Assembly (NCBI GenBank): GCA_964586355.1
Contig: CAZPGO010000011.1
Coordinates: forward strand, 6,634-70,633
Direction of reading: 5' to 3'
Source: an uncultured archaeon
GTDB taxonomy: Archaea > Iainarchaeota > Iainarchaeia > Iainarchaeales > CSSED10-239
DNA length: 64,000 nt
Below are positions 19,930 to 28,260 of this stretch, in pieces (position 1 is the first letter of the stretch; the number at the start of each line of letters is the position of its first letter). The position numbers were made by a program, and so were the translations under genes. Under the pieces are notes generated by a model. That model did not search any database. It saw only the letters and a list, made by a program, of their open reading frames with translations, and was not told where the DNA came from.

Positions 19930-21075
19930 TTATTTTTTTAAAGGCGACATTTTTCTTAATTGGTCAACTATCTCTGTGATTGTTTCAATTGTGTATTTAA
20001 TGTCTTCCTTTGTGGTTTCTTTACCAAGACTAATTCTTATAGATCCATGTGTGTCTTCTTGTCTAAGGCCAATAGCACTTAAGACATGGCTTGGTTCTAA
20101 TGTATTAGAGGAACAAGCAGAACCAGTTGATACCTCTATTCCCTTGTGATCTAAAAGCAAAAGAATAGATTCTCCTTCTGCATATCTAAAAGTAACATTT
20201 ACATTATTACACAATCTTTTTTTACCTAGTGGACCATTAATCCATGAATCATCAATATCAGATAATCCTTTTATTAATTGATTTCTTAATTCTTCCATAT
20301 GTGAAATATCTTTTTCTTTAATAACATCAACAGATTTTCCAAAACCAACAATTCCAGAAACATTACTAGTGCCGCTTCTTATTCCATATTCATGTCCACC
20401 ACCATGTAATAATGGTTCCAGTTTTAGACCTTCTTTTACAAATAACCCTCCAACGCCTTTTGGGCCATAGATCTTATGAGCATTAATGGTCATAAAATCT
20501 ATTTCTTCTTTTTTAAGATCAATTGGTACCTTTGTAAAACTTTGACAAGCATCTGTATGTAAAAGTGTTTTTTTTTCATGAACTATTTTTGATATTTCTT
20601 TAATATTTTGTATAGTTCCAATTTCATTATTTCCATGAATTATTGAAACCAATAATGTTTCTTTTGTTATTTCTTGTTCCAGTTTATTTAAATCAACAAA
20701 CCCTTCTTTATCTACTGGTAAATAACTTATTTTATATCCGTTTTTTTCTAGGAATTTACAAGAATTAAGAACACAATCATGTTCTATTTTTGTAGTAATT
20801 ATATGTTTTTTTTCTTTATTTGCATAAGCAAGACCTTTTAGAGCAAAATTATTACTCTCTGTTCCTCCAGAGGTAAATATTAATTTGTGGTCTTTGCCAT
20901 TAGTTTTTTTAGAAATCTTTTCTCTAGCATTCTCCATAGCGTCTTTTGCAATTTCGCCCATTTTATGTAAAGAGGCAGTATTTCCATATTCTTTAGAAAA
21001 GAAAGGTTGCATTTCTTCAAAAACTTTCTTATCTACTGGTGTTGTTGCTGCATAATCTAAATATCTTTTTTTCAT
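19930..21075 (-). CDS. nifS: cysteine desulfurase (NifS/IscS class)
   Basis: PLP lysine region INAHKIYGPKG, active-site loop SSGSACSS; 381 aa. Confidence 0.9.
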   Translation of the reverse strand: MKKRYLDYAATTPVDKKVFEEMQPFFSKEYGNTASLHKMGEIAKDAMENAREKISKKTNGKDHKLIFTSGGTESNNFALKGLAYANKEKKHIITTKIEHDCVLNSCKFLEKNGYKISYLPVDKEGFVDLNKLEQEITKETLLVSIIHGNNEIGTIQNIKEISKIVHEKKTLLHTDACQSFTKVPIDLKKEEIDFMTINAHKIYGPKGVGGLFVKEGLKLEPLLHGGGHEYGIRSGTSNVSGIVGFGKSVDVIKEKDISHMEELRNQLIKGLSDIDDSWINGPLGKKRLCNNVNVTFRYAEGESILLLLDHKGIEVSTGSACSSNTLEPSHVLSAIGLRQEDTHGSIRISLGKETTKEDIKYTIETITEIVDQLRKMSPLKK

Positions 21076-21081
21076 ATTTTC

Positions 21082-21384
21082 TCAAATTTTATTTTGTTTA
21101 CATCCGTTTTTACAATTATTTTTCATATGTTTTTCTACTATTAAAAATAAGGGATCTAGTGTTTTTTTATTTACTCTGTAAATTATTTTTTTACCAACTC
21201 TTTTTGAAAAAACAACATTACACCCTGCTAATATTTTTAAATTATGACTAACTTTTGATTGTTCTTCTGTAATTTCTTTACAGATATCAGAAACACATTT
21301 CTCTCCAGAATAAAGTGAACTTATAATATTCCATCTTGTTTTGTTGGAGATGACATTAAAAAAATAATATGAAATGCATTTCAT
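21082..21384 (-). CDS. ArsR-family winged-helix transcriptional regulator
   Basis: 100 aa. RWNIISSLYSGEKCVSDICKEITEEQSKVSHNLKIL is a typical ArsR HTH. First gene of the nifS-nifU operon. Confidence 0.7.
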   Translation of the reverse strand: MKCISYYFFNVISNKTRWNIISSLYSGEKCVSDICKEITEEQSKVSHNLKILAGCNVVFSKRVGKKIIYRVNKKTLDPLFLIVEKHMKNNCKNGCKQNKI

Positions 21385-21508
21385 ATATAATATATATCAT
21401 ATGTTCTATAAAAAGCTTTCTTTTTTTCCATAAAAAACCCATAACCTCTATTTTTAAAAATAATCTTTCTAATATCTAATAATAAAATAATTTTAAGAGA
21501 GAGAATAT

Positions 21509-21979
21509 ATGAAAAAACCAACAAGTGGATTAACAGCTATAAGAAATTTACAAAACTCAGCAAAAAATTCTAGTAAGTTAAAAAGTTTTTTAGGAATAAA
21601 ACCAAAAGCCCTAGGTGCAAAATATCTAAAAGATATAAGTCCAGTTATCGATTCTATAATAACACATAAAATAAAAAATAAAAGATTATCTGTTTTATTA
21701 GGTGAAAAAACAGACTTTTCTTTAAAAGTATTAAAAATAAAAAAACATTTTTTAGATCTTTCTAATAAAGATCCTATTCTTGCAAGAGAAAACCTAGTTT
21801 CTGAAATCCACTCTTTACAGGCAGAATATTCAAAAGAAGTAAAGGTTTTAAAAAAACATACTTCTAAAAAAGCTGTTTTTGAATCAGTTGAACAAGATCT
21901 ATCAAAAGCTTATTCTTATGTAATTAATATTTTAGATTCTGTTATATCTGTTTTACCCAAAGAAAACAAAAGAAGATAA
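21509..21979 (+). CDS. lysine-rich hypothetical protein
   Basis: 156 aa, no recognised domain. Confidence 0.3.
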   Translation: MKKPTSGLTAIRNLQNSAKNSSKLKSFLGIKPKALGAKYLKDISPVIDSIITHKIKNKRLSVLLGEKTDFSLKVLKIKKHFLDLSNKDPILARENLVSEIHSLQAEYSKEVKVLKKHTSKKAVFESVEQDLSKAYSYVINILDSVISVLPKENKRR

Positions 21980-21980
21980 G

Positions 21981-23192
21981 TTATTTACTTAATATTTCTT
22001 TTACTTTTTCTATATTATTATTTTTTAACAGATCATATATTCTTTTATAATCAAAATTTGAAGAAATGGGTAATTGTTTAATCTGTTCAAAAAAGATCTC
22101 AAAAGAGGTATCATTAATATTTACATTTTCTTTAGATTGTATTTCTTTTAATTTATCTATACTTTCTTTTAATGATTTTTCTTCAAGGTTATTAGTTATT
22201 GATAATATAACTTTTTCTTCATATTCTTTTTTTAGATTAGAAATGTTTAGATCTTTATTATATTCTCCAAGATTTAGATCTCCCTTTATTCTTACTCTTA
22301 TAAGTGGTTTTTTTGTTTCATTTTTTGTTTCTATTATTTTTTTATTAATTTCTTCTTTTATTTTTTGTAAGATGTTTTCTGTTTTTTCTTTATTAAATTT
22401 AAGATCAATATAATAAGTTTTTCTTACATTTTTAATTATTTCAAAATCTATAGTTTTTAAAATAGTGTCAATTACAAAAAAACCCTTTTCTTTTCCAGTT
22501 TCTAATTTTTTTAATTGTGTAGTAACGGTTGATCCTGGTAAAATAAAAGTAGTTCCATTTTCTAATTTTTCTAAGCTTGACCAATGAAGGTGACCATTAA
22601 TAATTAGATTAAAATCTTTTGGCAAATGTGATAAGGAAATAGTTGAGATCATATCATCTTCAAAAGGAAGATATTCTTTTATAGATTGATGTAACATTAA
22701 TATGTTATATTCATTTTCAATAGGTTGTGGATTCCATTCCTTTAATACCTCTAAAGCATATTTGTCAGGAATTCCACTCATTCCAAAAACATTTATTTTT
22801 TCCGAATCTTTTGTAATTGTTATTTTTGATTTATGTAAAAAAGTTGTAAAACCAATAGCTTCTAATATATCTACAGTGCTTTTTTGGTCTTTTCCTCTGT
22901 ATTCGTGATTACCTATTATTGAGATCATTGGTATTTTTAATGTTCTATTTGAGTGGTTTTTAAGATCTAGATTATTTTCAACATTTATTTCAGACAAAAG
23001 GTTTATAGCATCATAAAAAATCTCTTGATTTGGGGTGTTTTGATCAAAAAGATCTCCTGGTGCTAGAATCAGATCAACTTTTTTTTCTTCAATTTGTTTA
23101 AATGCTTCTTTGAGATTAAAAAAAGAGTCTTTTTCTAGTTGTGAACCCCAATCCACTCCAAGATGCCAATCACTAATAACTGCTATTTTCAT
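21981..23192 (-). CDS. mre11: Mre11-type DNA repair nuclease (metallophosphoesterase)
   Basis: Motifs ISDWHLG, GDLFD, GNHE, MLHQ, NGHLH. Start placed at MKIAVISD (ATG 23192). Confidence 0.8.
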   Translation of the reverse strand: MKIAVISDWHLGVDWGSQLEKDSFFNLKEAFKQIEEKKVDLILAPGDLFDQNTPNQEIFYDAINLLSEINVENNLDLKNHSNRTLKIPMISIIGNHEYRGKDQKSTVDILEAIGFTTFLHKSKITITKDSEKINVFGMSGIPDKYALEVLKEWNPQPIENEYNILMLHQSIKEYLPFEDDMISTISLSHLPKDFNLIINGHLHWSSLEKLENGTTFILPGSTVTTQLKKLETGKEKGFFVIDTILKTIDFEIIKNVRKTYYIDLKFNKEKTENILQKIKEEINKKIIETKNETKKPLIRVRIKGDLNLGEYNKDLNISNLKKEYEEKVILSITNNLEEKSLKESIDKLKEIQSKENVNINDTSFEIFFEQIKQLPISSNFDYKRIYDLLKNNNIEKVKEILSK

Positions 23193-23291
23193 ATATATTT
23201 TATGGTTAGAAATCTTTTTTAAATGAAAACTTTTACACATATTTATTTTTAAATAACAATATAAACTTTTAGATCTTTTATATTTCTTATT

Positions 23292-24434
23292 ATGCTTAAT
23301 AAAAGATCTGTTTCCCCATTGATCGCAACAATTTTATTAGTTGTTCTCTCTGTTATATTGATCACTGTTGTTTTAACATGGGGGAAAGGTTTTTCAAAAG
23401 AGAAATTAGATCAAACAAAAATAAAAGATACAAGTTATATTGGTTTAATAACAGCAAAACAAGTTTCAGATAATGCTTTTTATTTAATAACAACAAAAAA
23501 CCTGCCATCTACTGAAATAATAGCATACAAAATTATTCCGTCATTAGAGCATCCTATCTTTTATTTACTTGAAGATAAGATCTATACTTTATCTGAATCA
23601 GTTAACTTAACACCAAACTCATCTACTCTTTTTACAATAGATTGTGCTCCAGAAAAAAAATATACTGTTGTTTTAATTACTAGTGATAATAAATATATTC
23701 CAATAGAAATAAACAGCAATCTTTCTTACACTTATCTTGGTTGTATTGAAAAAAGTTGTATGGCCTATAAAGAGAAATTTGTTAACTTGCCAGATGGTAA
23801 TTATCCAATACAAATAGATAGTTTTCTATTTGATGTTTATTGTGACATGACAACAGATGGTGGTGGTTGGGCAATTGTTGCAACAAATAAAAATAATAGT
23901 AATCCAAATCATTTATCTGCAGCAAGTAGAGAAGTTTTTATAAATAATAATTATTCTGTTATTCCAGAAATAAGTACAATAGATAATGTTACAAAAGAAG
24001 GATACATTGCTTTAAAATATTGGACAGATCTAGCAAAAACAAAAGAACTAAGATTTGTTGTTGGGCAAAACACTCTTAAACTTGGTGGTTGGGAGTTTAG
24101 ATCTGGACCAAGTTCTGATTGGTTACATTATTGGAATTATGCTGAATGTACTGGTCCTTATGCTGATAGTTGTTGGGCTGCTAGTGATAATTGTGGTTTT
24201 ACTTTTGACACACCCAGTGGAGAAAAAAACAGAGGCAGCATTTGCTATGGTTGGGCATATACAAGCAGCAACAACATATTTGCAAAAAAAAATTCTCCAA
24301 GATCTGGGTATTGGTTAGGTTGGTATTATAATGTGAGTAGATTTAATTTATTAGGAAATGCGCCAGACACATTGTCTCCAGAATGGATGGATGTTGCCGG
24401 TGCTGTTGGCGACGCTCATATTGCTGTAAGATAA
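23292..24434 (+). CDS. archaeal type IV pilin-like (class III signal peptide) protein with C-terminal fibrinogen-related domain
   Basis: N-terminus MLNKRS/VSPLIATILLVVLSVILITVVLTWG. C-terminal half has the FReD signature FDVYCDMTTDGGGWAIV. Confidence 0.7.
   Translation: MLNKRSVSPLIATILLVVLSVILITVVLTWGKGFSKEKLDQTKIKDTSYIGLITAKQVSDNAFYLITTKNLPSTEIIAYKIIPSLEHPIFYLLEDKIYTLSESVNLTPNSSTLFTIDCAPEKKYTVVLITSDNKYIPIEINSNLSYTYLGCIEKSCMAYKEKFVNLPDGNYPIQIDSFLFDVYCDMTTDGGGWAIVATNKNNSNPNHLSAASREVFINNNYSVIPEISTIDNVTKEGYIALKYWTDLAKTKELRFVVGQNTLKLGGWEFRSGPSSDWLHYWNYAECTGPYADSCWAASDNCGFTFDTPSGEKNRGSICYGWAYTSSNNIFAKKNSPRSGYWLGWYYNVSRFNLLGNAPDTLSPEWMDVAGAVGDAHIAVR
23307..23393 (+). repeat. pilin N-terminal module, copy 1 (paralogous to 36320..36406)
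   Basis: SVSPLIATILLVVLSVILITVVLTWGKGF versus SVSPLIATILLIVVSVIIVTIVLTWGKGF. Shared nucleotide strings include ccattgatcgcaac. Confidence 0.8.
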
Positions 24435-24521
24435 TTATATTTTAGTAAATAAAAGTAGTATTCCTTTTAAAGATATTGGCTCTTAAATATTATAGATTTA
24501 ATATATATAGAAAATAGATGT

Positions 24522-24592
24522 GCCTTGGTGGCAGACCGGTCATGCATTCGCCTGCAGAGCGAAAGAATGGGGTTCGACTCCCTACCAAGGCT
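24522..24592 (+). tRNA. tRNA-Cys (GCA)
   Basis: Hand-folded cloverleaf. Acceptor gccttgg/ccaaggc, anticodon stem ttcgc/gcgaa, loop cTGCAga, T-loop ttcgact. Confidence 0.85.
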
Positions 24593-24599
24593 TATAATT

Positions 24600-24968
24600 T
24601 TACTTTGTTTCTTCAATTGCTTGGTCTATAACTTTTTTTTGTTGTTCAAGAGTTTTAATCTCTTCTCTTAATTTTTTAAAAAACTCTGGGTAACTACTGT
24701 TACTTCTAACGAACAAATCTAGATCAAATTCTTCTAATCCAACAACTTTTTTAGGTTCTTTCTTTGCAAGCTCATATATTTTTCTATAAGCTGTTTTTTT
24801 TCTTTTAATTGTTTTTTCATACATTTGACCAAAGCCTTGTAATTTTTTTGTTTTCTGTACTTTTGTTGATCTTGGATCTCTTAAAATTTCAGTAAGACTT
24901 TTTAATTTAGAATCCAAAATCTTTTTTGTTGCTGATTTTTTTCCAGTACCAGGTCCTTTAGGTGGCAT
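24600..24968 (-). CDS. lysine-rich hypothetical protein
   Basis: Starts MPPKGPGTGKK at an ATG preceded by GAGTGAT. No family recognised. Confidence 0.3.
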   Translation of the reverse strand: MPPKGPGTGKKSATKKILDSKLKSLTEILRDPRSTKVQKTKKLQGFGQMYEKTIKRKKTAYRKIYELAKKEPKKVVGLEEFDLDLFVRSNSSYPEFFKKLREEIKTLEQQKKVIDQAIEETK

Positions 24969-24980
24969 TTTTATCACTCT

Positions 24981-26747
24981 TTACATTTCTTTTATATCTT
25001 TTAATACCTTTTTTATTTTTTCTTTTGCTAGCATACAAACAGATCCTGGAAACTCATCTCTAAGTTTTTCTCTCTCCATTCCAGTAAACAAAAGATCTAT
25101 TGGTATAATTATTTGTTTTACTTTTTTTATTTCTATTTTTGCAAGATCTCTAATATTTAAATTACCATTAACATCAATATATTCTTTTTTATCTTTTTGA
25201 AAAGTTTCTATTTTTTTTTGAGAAGGTGATTTTTCTTCAATCTCTTTTTTTTTAACTTTTGGTTTTTTTCCTCTTACTATCTCCCAGTGTTCGCTTTCGT
25301 GTTTTATTCTCCCTTCTATTAGTTCTTCAAGTTCTTCTGGTTCAGGATAATTTTGATCATTAACTTTTATTAGATCTAATGTAGATACACTATATATTTC
25401 TCCACTAGTTCCATTGATCATTATAGAATCATTTTCTAATATTTTTCCAGATTCTAGATTTGCACCAACAACACAGGGTTTATTTAGTTTCTTAGAAATT
25501 ACTGCTGCATGACTTATAGTCCCCCCGCCAGTAGTAATAACCCCCTTTGCTGTTTTAATAGCATCAATCATTTCTTGATCTGTCATTTCTGTGATCAATA
25601 TATTTTCCTCACTAACCTTTTCTAAATCATTATAGTTGTTTATAAAAATGGCTTTTCCAGTAACCACTCCACTACTAGCACCAATTCCCTTAACTATTAA
25701 TTGATCTTTAAGAGAATGAATTTTTTGTTGAGTTAAATTTTTTTTTGTTTTTTCAATAACGTTAGGATTTAATGCTTCTGAAGATATAACATAAAAATCA
25801 GCTTTATCCATAGCCCATTCAACCATTTGAGGAGTTCCAAAAAACTCTTCTACTTTTAGTGCGGTGTTTGTTAGATCTTTTAATAAATGAGTATTTATTT
25901 TTTGTTTTTCTTGTTCGCTTTCTAACACAGGATTTTTTGTTGTTACTCCTTTAATTCTTTTTAGTTCCCATTCCTGTTTAGAAATATTTTTAACTAAATT
26001 TTTGTAAGGTTTTTTTTGTGTCTCATAATGATCAGGAGTAATTTCTTTAATAACATGTGCTGCTCCAAAACCATAAACTGCTTCTATTACTACAGAGTTT
26101 GGATTATCTTCACTTTTTGAGGTTATGGTAATTCCAGAATATTTTGCAACAATCATTTTTTGTATTAAAATACTTATTCCAAGTCTTTCAATATTAATGT
26201 TTTTTTTATGAGCATACTCTATAACATCTGGAGAAAATAAAGTAGCCCAAGAATCTTTAATTGCTTTTACTAAATTATCTCTACCTTTTACATTTAAAGC
26301 CCCACCCTCTTCTTCAACAAACTTAGTGTCACAAACTTCTCCATCATCACACACCACAGAACATCTAACTGCAACAAAGTCGTCGGCTTGTGAGTTTAAC
26401 CAACCTACTCCTGTTTCTCCAATTTTTAAATAATATTTATATAATTGTATTTCCATTTTTGGATTAAGTTTTCCTTTATAGATTAATTCTTGAATTTGTT
26501 TTGATTTTTCTAAAATATCTTTAGAGTTAGTGTAATCTATAGAGTTTAGAATTTGTGAAATCTTTTGTTTGATATTATTAACTTGTAAAAAATTAAAGTA
26601 CTCAGTAGAAGTTATTACAAAACCTCTAGGAACAGTAATTCCTGCTGTGGTTAGTTGTGCTAATCTTGCTGCCTTTCTTCCAATTATTCTAGAATCAACA
26701 TATGCTGCTTCTTTAAGCCATTTTATATTTTCGTAGTCTAATGCCAT
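24981..26747 (-). CDS. PEP-utilising enzyme family protein (PpsA/PPDK-like ATP-grasp plus swivel His domain, no PEP/pyruvate TIM barrel)
   Basis: N-terminus IGRKAARLAQL (PPDK_N type) and mobile domain GGTISHAAVISKKLNKPCVVG. The C-terminal 150 aa are unrelated and Lys/Glu-rich. Confidence 0.7.
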   Translation of the reverse strand: MALDYENIKWLKEAAYVDSRIIGRKAARLAQLTTAGITVPRGFVITSTEYFNFLQVNNIKQKISQILNSIDYTNSKDILEKSKQIQELIYKGKLNPKMEIQLYKYYLKIGETGVGWLNSQADDFVAVRCSVVCDDGEVCDTKFVEEEGGALNVKGRDNLVKAIKDSWATLFSPDVIEYAHKKNINIERLGISILIQKMIVAKYSGITITSKSEDNPNSVVIEAVYGFGAAHVIKEITPDHYETQKKPYKNLVKNISKQEWELKRIKGVTTKNPVLESEQEKQKINTHLLKDLTNTALKVEEFFGTPQMVEWAMDKADFYVISSEALNPNVIEKTKKNLTQQKIHSLKDQLIVKGIGASSGVVTGKAIFINNYNDLEKVSEENILITEMTDQEMIDAIKTAKGVITTGGGTISHAAVISKKLNKPCVVGANLESGKILENDSIMINGTSGEIYSVSTLDLIKVNDQNYPEPEELEELIEGRIKHESEHWEIVRGKKPKVKKKEIEEKSPSQKKIETFQKDKKEYIDVNGNLNIRDLAKIEIKKVKQIIIPIDLLFTGMEREKLRDEFPGSVCMLAKEKIKKVLKDIKEM

Positions 26748-27047
26748 TTTTTATCAGTTAGTTATATTTTTGATCTTAGTTAGTTATTTAGTTATAGTAA
26801 GCTTTTTGTTTTTTTATATTACATTATAAATAAATTATAGTTCTTTTTATATTGTTTTTGTTTTTATATATCAAAGAAACTTTAGAATTTAGGACTAATT
26901 TTATAAAAAAGCCAGTATTTTTTAGCCACCGGACACAAAAAACGGTTGTTATGCCACTGGTCAAGCACCCCCTTCCAAAAAGGATATATACTTATAGATC
27001 TATTATTATGTTATAGTCTAGAAAATAAAAAAAGGGGATAATTAAAT

Positions 27048-28097
27048 ATGAAAGAAAAAAAAGCTGATAATGTTATAGAAGAAGAATTAGATCAAGATGA
27101 GAATTTTGAAGAATTAGATGTGCCTATAGAAGAGATAGAAACAACAAAAGAAAAACCAGAAAAAACTAAATCTATAACAGATCTTCCAGGAGTTGGTCCA
27201 GCATCTGCTGAAAAACTTATTTCTGCAGGGTATGATTCTTTTGAATGTATTGCTGTAGCATCTCCTATGGAATTGGTTGCTGTTGCTGGTCTTGGAGAAG
27301 GCACAGCAATAAAAGCAATAAAAGCTGCAAGAGATTCATTAGAAATGGGTTTTGAAAGTGCAGAAAAGATCTTAGAGAGAAGAAAATTAATTGCCAGATT
27401 AACCACAGGGTCAAAAGAACTTGATGAGCTTTTAGGTGGAGGTATTGAAAGTCAATCCATTACTGAAGTTTATGGAATGTTTGCAGCAGGCAAATCACAA
27501 TGGTGTTTTCAGTTAAGTGTTCTTGCTCAATTGCCTAGGGATAAAGGAGGTTTAGGAGGAAATGTTTTATATATTGATACAGAAAACTCATTTAGACCAG
27601 AAAGAGTTGAGCAAGTGGCAACATATAGAGGTTTAGATCCAGAAGAAGTTATGAAAAATATTTTTGTTGCTAGAGCATATAATAGTAATCATCAGATGCT
27701 TCTTGCAGATAAGGCTGCTGAAATTATTAAAGAAAAAAATATTAAACTAGTAATAGTTGATTCCCTAACAAGTCAATTTAGATCAGAATTTGTTGGAAGA
27801 GGTCAATTATCTGATAGACAGCAAAAACTAAATAGTCATATGAGATTATTACAAAAGATTGCTGAGCTTTATAATATTGTTGTATTTGTAACTAATCAAG
27901 TAATGTCCAGACCAGATGTTTTGTTTGGAGATCCAACAGATGCGATTGGTGGAAATGTTGTAAAACATGCTTCAAAAACAAGAATTTATTTAAGAAAAGG
28001 TTCAGGATCTAAAAGAATAGCAAAACTTGTAGATTCTCCCAGTCTTGCAGATGGAGAAGCAATTTACCAAGTTAATGAACATGGAATCACTGACTAA
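27048..28097 (+). CDS. radA: RadA recombinase
   Basis: HhH LPGVGPASAEKL, Walker A GMFAAGKSQ, Walker B LVIVDSL; acidic N-terminal extension. Confidence 0.95.
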   Translation: MKEKKADNVIEEELDQDENFEELDVPIEEIETTKEKPEKTKSITDLPGVGPASAEKLISAGYDSFECIAVASPMELVAVAGLGEGTAIKAIKAARDSLEMGFESAEKILERRKLIARLTTGSKELDELLGGGIESQSITEVYGMFAAGKSQWCFQLSVLAQLPRDKGGLGGNVLYIDTENSFRPERVEQVATYRGLDPEEVMKNIFVARAYNSNHQMLLADKAAEIIKEKNIKLVIVDSLTSQFRSEFVGRGQLSDRQQKLNSHMRLLQKIAELYNIVVFVTNQVMSRPDVLFGDPTDAIGGNVVKHASKTRIYLRKGSGSKRIAKLVDSPSLADGEAIYQVNEHGITD

Positions 28098-28154
28098 TTG
28101 GTTCCTTGTTTTATAATCATAAGCAATAAAAACAGAAAGTAGCTATAATATGTT

Positions 28155-28160
28155 AGGTGA
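28155..28160 (+). promoter_or_regulatory. Shine-Dalgarno-like AGGTGA, 4 nt upstream of ATG 28165
   Basis: Matches the GGTGA(T) element seen 4-9 nt before many start codons in this window. Confidence 0.5.
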
Positions 28161-28260
28161 AATAATGTCTTAAAATATATTAAGTGCAATAATAAATATA
28201 AAAAACAAGACAGAATATAATTTAATTGATAAGGTTATTTTTAAAAATAGAATAAATGAA

